From contig JBLDXI010000055.1 of assembly GCA_047495785.1 (NCBI GenBank), positions 1,674,001 to 1,738,000 on the forward strand: DNA of 64,000 bases, given 5' to 3'. The stretch is from Lepidodermella squamata. Its lineage: Eukaryota > Animalia > Gastrotricha. The notes below the pieces were generated by a model. The model saw nothing but the letters and a program-made list of their open reading frames with translations. It had not been told where the DNA came from and made no database searches. The position numbers were made by a program, and so were the translations under genes. This document shows, piece after piece, positions 37,596-49,955 of this stretch (position 1 is the stretch's first letter; every line of letters starts with the position of its first letter).

Positions 37596-40500
37596 ATGTT
37601 TGTTCGCCTGAATATTCAGTATGAAGTCAATCGAGAGCCGAAAAGTGTCAACGTAAAAGCCTCGGATCTAGTCAAAGACGTATACGCTATAGCGGGCGAA
37701 CATCTGCCAGAAGCGCAGTCGCACAAATGCGGCCTGTTTTTGCCCAACAAATTCGACGCATCGAAAGGCCTGTGGCTGGAACCCACGCGCACAATCAGCT
37801 ATTACCAAATGATCGGGCACGACTCGACGTTGCTATTCAAAAAGAAGTTCATCAACTTGGCTGTCAAGACACTAGATGGAACGTGCAAGAAAATAGAGGT
37901 TGACGAAAGCAAAGTGGTTGCCGATCTGATGCAGGAAATCTGTTCCAAGATGGGAATTGTCAATTTTGAGGAGTATTCACTTGTACGTGACGAAGAGCCA
38001 ACAATCAGCGACAAAACTGACGACGCGGCGGCGAAAGATCCGAAATTGAAACAGATTCGTAAAAAGGTGAAAACGGACGAAGCCATAGCTTGGTTGAATC
38101 ACGCGCAAACACTTCGTGAACAAGACCTTATAAACAACCTCGAATCGAAGCCGTTGATATTAAGGCGGAAATTTTTCCTGTCTGACCGCAATGTTGACAC
38201 GAGGGATCATATTCAGCTGACGCTGCTTTACGCCCAATGCGTTGACGGAATAACCAGCGGTAGATACCAAGTCACTCAAAAAGAGGCAATAATGCTGGCT
38301 GGTTTGCAACTATACATCGAGCGTGGCCCATATTTCGCAGCCTATGAGCAGGTAGATGTCGACGGTTACCTGCCGAAAGATTTCAAGAGTAAGGGACTCG
38401 AGCGCGAAATATATTCCTACTACAGCAGTTTGGGAGAGATTGCTCAAGCTGAAGCGCGGCTAAAATATGTACAGACCTGCAGGCAATTACGAACCTATGG
38501 CATAGCCCTATTTCTTGGCAAGGTAACATCATTCACCATTTATTTAATTCATTATTCGCTTATTTTAAATGATAGGAAAAAGCTGAGGGTAAAAGAAAAC
38601 TTCAGCCAGTTCTGATAGGCATCACCCGAGACGGAGTTGTGCGCATCAAACCTGACAGTCGACAGGTGCTGCAAGAGTGGCCGCTAACTACGATCAAGCA
38701 ATGGTCGACGACGAGCAAAATATTGAAACTTGACTTTGGTGAATACGGGCCGCCTTATTCTGTACAGACGCAAGAGGGTGAGCAAATTGTGCGGTTGTTA
38801 GCTGGCTACGCGGAAATCATATGGAAAAAACTTCAAGCCACTGAATTTTCACCGCCACCCGCTGAAAGTGAGCCCAGTGGGCCTAAGTTCGGTAATGTCA
38901 AAGCACAACGTGGCAAACTGGTGATGATGAGATTTGGCAAAAAGTCGGAAGATCGTCTCAACACGACGCCTTCCAGTGAAAGTGTTGATGCGTTTGATGA
39001 CGATGACGGCACGGATGACGATTTCGAGCACTCTTCAAACTCGTCCCCAAGTAGAGGCAATTTAACAGGTGTGGCATTGTTGGACGAAATCATGAAGATG
39101 TTGGCGGAAGCTTTTGAAAACCCAACGCCAGCGGGTCATACGGTAATATTTTTTTGAAAAACTTAGCTACGTTCTCCGTCGTATCAAACGCGCTTTGCAA
39201 TAATTTCAGCTATCAGCTCACAAAGCTCAATCATATTTATGCGAAATTTACTTTTTCTTAGACTGACAAAACACGGCGCAATGCGGTGTCCAACACTCGC
39301 CAGAATGTTTCCAGTCATTTATCCGCAGTCAGCCATGCCACAGCATCTATTTTGGCTGGGGCTTTAGCTGCTGCCAGCCATCCTAACGACGACAAGTTGA
39401 GTGGGGGCGTTGCAGATGCCGTCGACGGCCTCTCCAATGAATTTCCGCCCCTGTTCGACGACATTCTGGAACTACTGCAATACAGCGACGAAGATGGCCC
39501 GACTGGCAGCAATTTAATGGCAGCTGCTCGGCGACTTGCTGGTGCGTTCAAAGACATGCTGCGCGCTGCTCAATCGAGAGATGATGACGTCAGTCCTTAG
39601 TTTCAATGCAAAAATTCTATATCCGCTGAACTTATTAATTTTCCAGGCTCAGCAGAAGTTACTTTCAGCCGCAGCTAATGTTGCAGAAGCTGTTGATGCG
39701 ATGAAGGAAGTTACTGGCATCGCAAAGAACCCCGGAGATAAATCCTGCAAGGTATATTTTTGACGGAGGTCTAAAATTATCAATTCTATATGGGGTCATC
39801 TTTATAGTCAATTATTGCGACGACTGCAGAGAATGCCGGCTATAAGATTGAGTGGTTGAACGCTGCAAAAGGTGATATTACAGATGCGCCGCCCGGCAGT
39901 CATGACAGGCAGCCGGAGCCTCGCCAGCTCCCAGCCGTACCTCCTAAATCAAAGCCACTTCCCCCAACACCCCCGACGAGCCCCACGCTGACCAGCGAGG
40001 TCATTCGCAAAACGAAAATTGTCATTAAATCAGACGACCCTGAAGACTGGAAAAACCTGGCAGATATGACTGGATTGTTGATAAATGCAATCAATAACAC
40101 AATTAGCGATGAGCCGGACGCGGGCTTGAGGAAGCGATTGTTGGAAGCTGCGAAAAGGTTGACCGATGCTGCCGGTAGGATGCTTGAAGCTGCTTCTGTG
40201 GTTCCCAAGTCAGCGGAAGAAGCTGCTGAGCTTCACGAAACAGCGAGTCACATTGCTATGGAAATTCAAGCGGCCGCCACTTCGGTTGGCCCAATAAGAT
40301 CTCCGAATAGGCCTCTTTCCCAGGCTTCGACAGTTTCTGAGGATCCAAATAGAAGCCCGGTCACTTTGAAGCCCAAACCGCTGCCGCCAACTCCGCCTAG
40401 CCGCGGCCCCACTGTTAACACCGAAGTTTCGAAGAGAGCCAAAAGTTTAGTCGTCGAGATCAGCCAAAATGGATCAATCAATGGCGTTCAAGATTTAGTC

Positions 40501-42854
40501 GATGCTGCCGCATTTCTCACGCTTTGCTTGAATAGCAAATTTCAGGGAGAAAAAGAGGATGACTTAAGAAATCGTCTCCTCGACGCTGCCAAGCAATTGG
40601 CGGCGGCAACAGGGAATATGGTTTCGTTAGCTGCTAAGGTTCCACATACCCCACAGGAAGCTTCGAATCTTCGAGAATCTATACGCCAGACTGCAGAACT
40701 TATCCAAGCAATCGCCGAAAAAGCTGATAATTTCCCCATGCCCGCAAGCCCTTTAACAATCAACAACTCCTCGAAGTCTATGGGCACCACGCTTGCCGCT
40801 AATGCTGAAGCATTGCTAGCTGCAAACAATACAAATGAACTTGAAGCTTCGAATTTGGCCGATATAGCCGATCTGTTAGTTGCATTTCAATCGGCCTGTA
40901 TCGGCGACGGGGATGCGAAATCGAATAAATTACTTGATGCAGCTAGACGTTTGGCTGAGGCTGCGAGAAAAATGGTCAAAATCGGCTCGGAATCTCCAAC
41001 ATCCGATCCAGAATTGGCTAAACTGCAAGATACCATCTTGGGCTGTATTCAGACTTTAAAATCGCCTGATTCGCCCGGTGTTTCACCTTTGATTGACGCA
41101 AAAAATTCGAACATCAGCTCAACTGAGGTTCCAGGGGCTCATCAGCGCTCTAAGCCGGTGCCACCTGTACCGCCTGCCAAGTCACCCACGCTAACAAATG
41201 AAATTATTAGAAAATCGAAACTGCTAGCTACCGCCGATCAAGACAAAATAGCCGTTGGTGCGAAAGACCTCGCTAGCAATCTCGATTTACTCATCGCTGG
41301 CTTATCGGGGAAGAGCGGTCACGAACCTGACGAAGCGCGAAGAAATCGGCTCCTCGATGCTGCGAAAAAGCTTGCCGATGCCGCGAGTAAGCTTATGCAT
41401 GTTGCAGCTACCGGCCCCCAATCCTCGCAAGAATCATCCAACTACCGCGAGGTCCTCCGGTTGATAGCCGATGAGGTTCAACAAATCGTTGAAACATTTG
41501 GGCCTATACCGTTTCCGGCGGACGCAGCAGCTGCGATTGACAAGGGCAAAGTCATTCCTCCTGCAATTTCGAAGCCTAAACCTCCTCCACCGCCTCCCAA
41601 ATCAAAGCCACAAATGATAATGAAAATAGATGAGTTGACAAAATGTGACAGCCTTGACGAAGTGCCAGATAGAGCGAACGACCTGGCTCATTTGACCCGG
41701 CTTTTGATATCTACTATCAATGATAGGGCAGCGGGCGAACAAGATCAAGGCAAGAAAAGCAGCCTGCTCCTCGCTGCTCAGCAACTTGCTGATGCGGCTA
41801 GCCGAATGATTGAAGCCGCTTCAGTGGTTCCACAATCGTCGCAATCTAGCGATGCAGTGAAACAGGCTGCTGAGCAGATTCGAACCACAGCCGTAGCTAC
41901 CGGGCTTGTTCATGCCGTAGATCGTGGCGCCGAAAAAGTAGAAGTAGCTCCGCCTCGGGTTCAAACAATCGTTCAGAATCAAGTGGCAAAGCCAGCAGCA
42001 GAGCAAAGCATCGAACAGCAATTAGCAGCTGCAGCTTCGGAAATTTCGGAGGTAGAACGGCGGTTAGCGGCGTTGCAACCTGTTCGATCAGCTCAGAAAG
42101 TCGCCGAAAAATCGGGAAAAATAGTGAAGCCAACCTTGCCTGAACACGGCCAAATTATTGACGCGTGTCGTGCTATGGCCGGTGTCACTCAAGATTTAAT
42201 TCGATCGGCATCCCAAGCTCAACAAGAACTGGTCGCTCTGGGACGGGTTAGAAACTATTTATTATCGTTATATTATTTTTATTTTGGTCATAGGTGACAC
42301 TTCACTCGGGTAGGCAACACGCTTACGCTGGGGATATGAATCTGTGGTCGCAAGGTCTAGTTTCAGCGGCTAAAATGGTAGCCGAGGCCACGCATAATCT
42401 ATTCGAGTCAGCTGATCTGCTGCTGAGTGGGAAAGGCTCTAAAGAGCGCCTTCTAGCAGCAGCGCGACAAGTATCTTCGGGTACCGCGCAGCTTGTGTTA
42501 GCTTGTAGAGTAAAGGCTGATCAAAATTCAAGCTCCTATCACAAACTGCAGGCTGCAGGTCTTGCGATTAAGGGTGCCACTGAAGATTTGGTTGCAACTG
42601 TTCAGCGGCTGCTTGGTGAAACTGCAGACTCTAGCGGCAAAACTGATGTTGATGACGTCGACGAAAAATCTCGCGTTGGCGGCCTGACTCGCGTAATTAA
42701 ATTTTTATTTTCATCAAATTTAGTTTATTTTCTATTTCTATTTCAGATTATTGATATCCAAGAAGATATTATGCGGAAAGAGCGTGAACTGGAAGAAGCT
42801 CGCCGAAAGTTGGCCGAATTTAGAAAAGGACAATACGTGGCGAGCACTGATTGA
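37596..42854 (+). CDS. TLN: Atypical short talin, 1,623 aa: F0-F1-F2-F3, R1, 5x R3-like, R13 (I/LWEQ) and dimerisation helix; exons 37596-38522, 38576-39142, 39262-39588, 39647-39751, 39808-42246, 42294-42692, 42747-42854
   Basis: GLWLEP, VKTLDG, NFEEYSLV, LRRKFFLSDRNVDTRDHIQLTLLYAQ, LRTYG, EWPLTTIKQW..LDFGEY..YSVQTQEGEQI, WSQGLVSAA, ACRVKAD, QEDIMRKERELEEARRKL. Confidence 0.92.
39922..41901 (+). repeat. Five diverged ~100-aa four-helix-bundle repeats (talin R3-like), four preceded by polyproline linkers
   Basis: Recurrent LLxAAxxLAxAAxxM core at about 39988-40278, 40414-40716, 40780-41058, 41191-41490 and 41608-41901. Confidence 0.85.
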
Positions 42855-43499
42855 CACACATAGCGCGAAATTGAAATCTAAATGATCAATTAATTTCCCG
42901 TGATGAATTCTATTTTTAGTGTTGAAGCTACTATAAATAACATCATCATTGTCGATAATCGTGATTTATTTTTTACCTTACAATTTTTTTAATAAAATTC
43001 TTGAAATTAACAGCAGCCTTTTTCTAGAGAATAAGCTCGAAGTTAGGCTGTTTGTGGTGTATGTTAGCTCAGTGGGAAATTGCGACAGCGAACTGCTGCG
43101 GTTGACAGCTCATTCAAATTCAAATCACAAGATTATTCTACAAGGCACGGAAGTTTCACCTGCTTTTGACGCTAGTAATTTTTATTTTAGCCACTCACCC
43201 AATGGCTGCCGAAACTATATTCGAGTTCATGGTGGAATAAATATTTCCCAGTCGACTTTGAATTTTTACCCATTTGACTTGACAAACGATGACTTCTTTC
43301 AAGGATATGGTGCTGCGCTGTCATAAACTAGTTTGCAGTTTACATATATTCGATTCTTCATAATTAACAGACTAGTATGAATGAGACCCGTTAAGCGTTG
43401 TTTATTAGCGAGAAATGTTGGCAATGTGATTAACAGCCTTGCCTGGAGCTGCGAACACTGTTTACCTTGACGATGTTAATTTCTCCAGGTGTAGTATAG

Positions 43500-44367
43500 G
43501 TACTCGACGTGAAAATGCGGATCCATGAACGCACTTGACGATGCATGTGGTCGTCCGTTTCCGCAGCCATGTGTGTGTTAATTGGATGACTTGTTGTCGA
43601 AGAGCGAAGACGCGCCCTAATCAACGCGAGCAGCAGACACGCAATACACGCGTCGGCCAATCAGCGAGCGAGGCCGTGCGCGCATGATTGACGGCAGCGA
43701 TGCGGTTACGCCGAGGTGGTTTCGTCGCCTCGCAGCTCGAATGCTTCATTCAAACGCGCTCGGTTGCCGCATTCAACAATGATTCAAGTCGATCGGCCTT
43801 CCTGTTTAGATGCATGTCACCACTTTTTAAACACATTCCGCGCTCGCATAGGCGCCGAATAGCAACCATCCGCCAGTTACCGCCGCGCGCTCACATGCCG
43901 ACAGATTCCGCGCTCGCTCGTTCGGGTCGCAGCGATTCACCTGAGCGGCTCTCTCATTTGCATTTCGGGGCTGCACAGAGAATACACAAACACACGATGA
44001 GGCATTTCGCATGCGCGCTTGCCGCCTGCAATAAAACGCGAGTCGGCACCCACGTGCGCGATATGCTGATGTCGGCTTGCTGTCATTTGTCAACTGCTTG
44101 TTAAATATTCTCCGCTTGTTTCTTGTTTCAACAAATAGGCTCTCGTTATAATTTGTTACCTTTGACTCGGTTTTATTGCCGTCGATTTACAAGCCGAGGT
44201 GCGTCACTTCAAGTCGCTAAAAGCATTCGTCAAGTGTTACACAGTCGGCAGCGAATAACTATCAAACGAGAGCGAAGCAAAAGGTGTAGAGCGCTCGATA
44301 CTCGCCCATCATCGCACTCGTGTCATCTTCTCTTCTTGTCATTTACTATCCTATCATCCGGTCGATA
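43500..44367 (+). promoter_or_regulatory. Probable cis-regulatory/promoter region of Brachyury (CpG/GC-rich non-coding block)
   Basis: The 1.5-kb gap between talin and Brachyury has no credible ORF and is visibly CG-rich compared with the AT-rich spacers elsewhere. No individual binding site is claimed. Confidence 0.45.
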
Positions 44368-46512
44368 ATGTCAAGCGTTAGCTTACAACAGCAACAGCAG
44401 CAGCAGCACCCATCTGCTACAACTTCGTCTGCTGCGCCGCCGGCAGTCGGCGGTGTCGCTGTCAAGCGATCGCTCCAGCACTGTCAGCCTGGCGCGCCGG
44501 CATCGTGCCAGCTAGCCGACGCCGAACTGTGGCGGCGTTTCCACGAGGTCGGCAACGAGATGATTGTCACCAAAGCCGGCAGGTTCGATTGATTTCATAA
44601 CACTTTTTCTTGCATATTTGGGACATTGATTAATTATCGATTTTATATTACTCATTTCTTTATTTTTTCAGGCGCATGTTTCCGGTGATCGCCGTGTCAA
44701 TCAGCGGCCTCGACCCGGACGCGCTCTATTCGGTTTGCGTCGAATTTCATCCGGCGGATGACAATCGTTACAAGTACGTCGGCGGGCAGTGGGTGATCGC
44801 GGCCAAAAGCCAGCTGCACGACGTGCCCGTGCCGACTTACTGGCACCCGGAGATACCGAACTTTGGCGCGCATTGGATGAACAACATTGTCTCGTTCGGC
44901 AAGCTCAAGCTCACAAACAAGGACAAGCTCGATAAATCGGTAAGCTTACACGCACGCCGCTCGTTTCATCAATTATTTTAATTATTTAATTTTTGCCGCT
45001 TTTGTAACAGCAAGTTTCCCTGGTTACACTTCATCTGTACCAGCCGGTAATCCGCATCATCCGCGTCGCCGGGCAGCAAGAGCGATTTACTGTGGCTACG
45101 TTCACGTTTCCCGAAACGCGATTTATGGCGGTTACGTCGTACCAGAACGAGGATGTAAGTTATTAGCCCACGTCAAATTAGCGGCATTTTAATCGCGCGC
45201 TTTTCATTTCGCAGGTCACATCGCTCAAAGTTCGCTACAACCCGTTCGCGCAGAAAGTTTTCCAGGACATGGCGAAAGGCCGCTCTGGCGGCGGTTCGTC
45301 GACTGGCGGCAACGACGAAGATGATGTGGACGAGCCGAACATGTCGCCGGCCTCGATAGTCGAACAGACTCGCCCCAACGCTAGCTCAACAGCGAAAATG
45401 ATGAAAAGTGAGTTTTCAACCCATTCGCTATGTGCTAAATCTTAAACATTCATTTTTTTTTACTAGGTTCTAATGGCGCCGCGATCGCTACATCTTCCAC
45501 GAACGCAAGCATGGCGGCGTACGCTGCCAGAGGCCAGCAACCTCAGCAGTCTCAACAGCAGCAGCAGCAGATATCGCCGAATCAGCCGCGCCAAACAACC
45601 GCCTGCCAGCCTCACCGGCCCGTCGCGTGTCAGCCAAACCTCATCGACAGCGGAATGATGGGCATGAGTTCGGCTATGCAAGACTTCTCGACGTCGTTTT
45701 CGCGCTACGGCGCTTTTGCTCCGCCTGTTCATCAGCAGCCCATGTTCGACCAGTTTGCCACTAACCCAGCCGAATGCTTCCAGTTCTCGTCGATGTACGG
45801 CGGCAGCGGTGCTTTTTCTACTGGTTACCCGCAGTCGACCAATCAGCACGCGATGAGTCAGCCAAATTTCTCCAACTCGTCCATGCCACCAGTCACGTCA
45901 GCCAGCGCCGCCGCTGCAGCCGCTGCCTATGCTTCGTACGCCTCGTCTTCACTTCTCAGCTCGGCGCTTCCATCAGCAAATTCAGCCACCGCCTTCTGGC
46001 CTGGTTTTAACTTGTATCCAGCGCCAGCGCATACAGCAGCATCAGCCGTGTCTGTCCCTTCATTCAATGCATCTTCGGCCTTGTCAATGCTGTCCAACAA
46101 AAGCAATGAAGTAGCCTCACCTGCGACACCTTCAACTCCCTCAGGGCCGAATAGCAACCCGAACAGCGCGTCGAGCAGCGGCGGTCGGTCAAGCGGCACT
46201 GTTTCGCTGATGCGCCTCGGCGCTTCTTCCGGCAACTCTTCGTCTTCGACTACTACAACTCCGACGTTACAATCGTTGGCGAATCGCTCGTCGGTCGAGC
46301 TGTCCGGCGCGGCGTCGGCAACTTCGTCGAGCTCCGGCACCGTCAAGTCATCGCCACCCGAGTCCGGCTACTGCGGCTCACCCCCTGTTGCGGAAGATTG
46401 GGCTGCGTGCGCTTATCAGCAACTGTCGGCGCGGCCTGGCAGCAACGCCAACCCTCAAATCGTCATCAACTCCGTCACGTCATCAACGTCCTCAAGCTCA
46501 AATAACTACTAA
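44368..46512 (+). CDS. TBXT: T-box transcription factor, Brachyury subfamily (divergent); exons 44368-44582, 44672-44939, 45011-45154, 45215-45407, 45467-46512
   Basis: NEMIVTKAGRRMFPV, RYKYVGGQWV, PNFGAHWM, KLKLTNK (Brachyury-type Lys where most T-boxes have Asn), FPETRFMAVTSYQN, LKVRYNPFA; Q/S/A-rich C-terminal tail. Confidence 0.8.
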
Positions 46513-47514
46513 TTTTACTCAACATGTTCTAACCTATAATTTTATGTTGTTACCTCTTTGGTTACTGTAAATGTTGTATAATTTCATTTCATAAATTATA
46601 CAGCTGATAAGGCCTCAAATTTTATTGCCTTACTTGATGTAATCCGCCGGCTGGGGCGATCGAATCTCAATTCGCGTTTCAATGCGCATGTATATAAATC
46701 GTGTGAGAAAGGCGTGTTAGTTTGGCTTCGCGTATAATTCGCTATCTCCAGGTTCTCATTTTGTACATTTTTGGACCAGATTTCGCCTTAGAAATTTGAC
46801 TGCTGATAAAACTCGATGATCATCAATTTATTTAAAATAAAACGAGAAACTGCGAAAATAATAATGATAACTTTTGGCTTTTTCTTGTTTCATTGCGTGT
46901 TCTTCATCTGGTGAAAATGAATTGGTCTACGAAGTGATTTCGTTAGGCAGCTTGGAGGATCCGTGACCTTTCGTTGGCTCGAATAGTTATTAGTTATAAT
47001 GCGGTGAAGTTGGGCTCACTTATGAAATTATCGATGCTTGACAGCCAATAATGACAGTTTTGGCACGTGGCCGCTCGCGTGCCAGCGTATCATGTCGTGG
47101 ACACAAAAATATAAATAAATACGATGAAATAAATAAAATCCATGTGATTTTCAGTTTTCTGTTTCACTGGCAATCAATCATTTCGCTGTAATCGTCGTCG
47201 ACACGCATAACAGATAATATTTTTTTACACATTACTACTTTATCTGTCATCAGGAACAAAGAAGTCATTGCCCAGCGGCATCTGTACAGCTAAATAACTT
47301 ATTGTTGTGCTTTTATACTTGAAGCTCGTTGTAGATGTAAAATAACATTAAAATATGCTGTCTGTGTTTTCCGGCAACACAGGGAGCTAATGCGCTACCT
47401 GCAGACAACCGTCTTTTCATTGAATAAAAGATGCTGTATAATGTTTAATAACATTTTTTACTTAATTGTATCTTCTGCTCCTAGGACTCTTGAAGCATTT
47501 TACCATTCAATTAC

Positions 47515-47958
47515 ATGGCTGCTGCGACTGCAGATTTCAAGAACGTCGACCTGTTGATCGCAACCGTTGCGTCAGATCACATGGTAAACGATGCTGAAAT
47601 TTTGTGGAGATATCAGCCCTTCGACAATCCCGAGCCTGTTCGTACTAGCATTTTTGACATCGGCGATGAGGGGGTCGCTGTGGGCTCAGGCATTCTCAAG
47701 GTGGAATGCTGCGGCCTCAACATCCTCATGTACGACGTTTTGCATGTCCCTGCGCTTACACGAAACCAATTTTCGGCTAGGACCGCTACAAAGCGCGCCC
47801 ATATTTCTATCACATTCGAAAACAGAAAATGTGTTCTGAGTAAGAATACTGGCGAAAAGATAGCTACAGGTTACGAACGCGACGGCGTCGTTTGGCTTAA
47901 CTGCAAGGCCATTCTACCCAGAAGCGGAGCAAATTTTGAACCCGCGATCGAACTCTGA
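47515..47958 (+). CDS. Stand-alone Ty1/copia protease/beta-barrel (Pol_BBD)-derived protein, catalytic DSG lost
   Basis: LLIATVASDHMVND...AVGSG...DVLHVPALTRNQFS...ITFENRKC..GEKIATG.ERDGVVWL parallels copia WILDSGASxHM...VLYVPxLxxNLLS...GLYxL. Intact ATG-to-stop ORF, acceptor AG at 47483-84 and AATAAA at 48022. Confidence 0.75.
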   Translation: MAAATADFKNVDLLIATVASDHMVNDAEILWRYQPFDNPEPVRTSIFDIGDEGVAVGSGILKVECCGLNILMYDVLHVPALTRNQFSARTATKRAHISITFENRKCVLSKNTGEKIATGYERDGVVWLNCKAILPRSGANFEPAIEL

Positions 47959-48614
47959 AATCGATATTATCTCCCTATTTCAGCAGTGAAATACATTATC
48001 AGTACTTCTAATTACCGTTTCAATAAAATATTGGCTCAATAAATTTGTGAGAAGATAATTCACAACTATTCGAATTGTTCGAATTTAAATTCAACAAATG
48101 CTTTCCTGCCGAGTAAAAATATCGTAATGTTATAATTTGGTGCCTTTCAGAAGTTCTTCCGGATCTGAAGGGTAAAACACAAATTGTTCACACCTCTATT
48201 GTGTAATTTCGAATTGATTGTTTTGACACATATTGATTTATTATCCTATCGTGTTTAGTCCCTTGATTCATAATTTTGAATTTTTATAGATGAGGCTTCT
48301 ATGTGATCGCTTCCACTGAACAAAAACACGCCAAATATAACCGCATTTACGTTTACTTTATTGCATTTCTTATACCGAAAAATTTCCGCTCCTGTCTAGA
48401 TGAAACACCGGAATCATCACCGATTTCAGCAGGTCATTCCGCCAACTATTCCGTGTAGCAGAGTAACAAATTACGCAATAATAGAGCAATTTTCAAGGCG
48501 GCTTGGCCGCTATATCGCACGCACAGACATGAGAGAGAGCAAGAGAGAAGACAGGCAATCATCACATAAGGTTTCATTTCACAACTATTAGTTATTCGAA
48601 AGGCTGTTACAAGC

Positions 48615-49955
48615 TTAAAGCTCCATCGTTGCCGGGTCTTCAATTCGAGGCTGGTACTCGGCGGCTTCCATCGCCGCACCCTCCGGCGGTGGCGGCTGGT
48701 CATCACCACCCGGTGGTGGTGGCGGGGCGCGGGCTTCGTCAATAATCTGACGCAACTAATGAAAACATGGAAAACAAGTCAATTAATTACATATTTAAAA
48801 AAATCCCCCTTAAAAATAGTTTTCTATAGTGTAACGCAGGGATATCGTGGACACTTTAGGCCTTGGGTGATTTTTCAGGATGAGTTTCATCACTATAAAA
48901 TTGAAAAATACTGATACATTCGTTATTTTCTTCAACATTTAACCCAACTTTCAAGGGAAAAATTGCCAAACTCAAGACGCCATGGAAGATGCATATAATG
49001 AGCGTACTATCTTACCCGATGCAAAAGGTTAACAAAAGCACTTTGTCAAAAACCATGTGAAAACGGAAAAATCACTACATTTAGCGCGAAAATAACCCAA
49101 CCAACATAAAATTATATATCAGGTGTTTTAAGCAAAACCTGAGCTTCGAAAAACATGGTTTTTCTAAAGTTACCTCTCGTTACAGTATCGGTTTTAGAAT
49201 TTTTGAGAAGGATATCCCTTTGCATTTACGTTACCCATGAAAGTGAATTAGAAACTCACATAAGCTTCAACTTCGTCGTCGTTGAGGATCTTGAAGTCCT
49301 GGCCCTTGCCAACGACTGCAATCGAGCAGTTTTTGCGGCTCAGGTCAGTGTCCTGGGGCAGGGTGTCGCGGAGGGCGCGCAGACCGTGCAGCACCAGCTC
49401 GTCGAGCGTGCTGCTCAGAAACGTGTCCAGGTGCTTCTCCAGGTAGGTGCGCGCCGACTGCGACCGGGCGCCGATGGCCATCGCCTTGCACGAGTAGTAG
49501 TTGGCCGACGGGCACGTCTGCAGGATGTGCGGGCCCTGTTCGTCGTAGCCGGCGACCAGCAAGCCGACACCGTAAGGCCGGCGGCCGTAGCGGCTGGTCG
49601 GCACCTGCGACTTGGCGGCGACCTGGCCGACGAGGCGCGACACGGGGATGGGCCGGTTGTACGACCACCGCGAGTTCAGGCACTCGTTGCGCATGAATTT
49701 CGACAGCAGACGGGCATCTACCGTCAGGCCAGCGATCGACACGCCGACGTGGTCGTCGAGCTGCAGAATTTTCTTCTGGTGGTCCGACAGCTCGCTTTGC
49801 GCGCGTTTCAGCGCCAACAGCACGGCATGCGTCTTGCTCTTGATGCCGACGGTGGCGGAGCCTTGCTTCACTGCCTCCATGGCATACTCGATCTGATGCA
49901 GACGGCCTTGCGGGCTCCACACAGACACATCGTGGTCGTATTGGTTACGGAACAT
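48615..49955 (-). CDS. PSMA1: Proteasome subunit alpha type-1 (alpha6); exons 49955-49260 and 48755-48615
   Basis: [56 protein letters not shown]; exon 2 gives an acidic/Pro tail ending PATMEL*. Confidence 0.97.

Noticed and set aside
43430-44368. Several 76-138-aa ORFs upstream of Brachyury
   Set aside because: Arg/Ala/Cys-rich translations typical of GC-rich non-coding DNA; mostly non-ATG starts and no family motifs.
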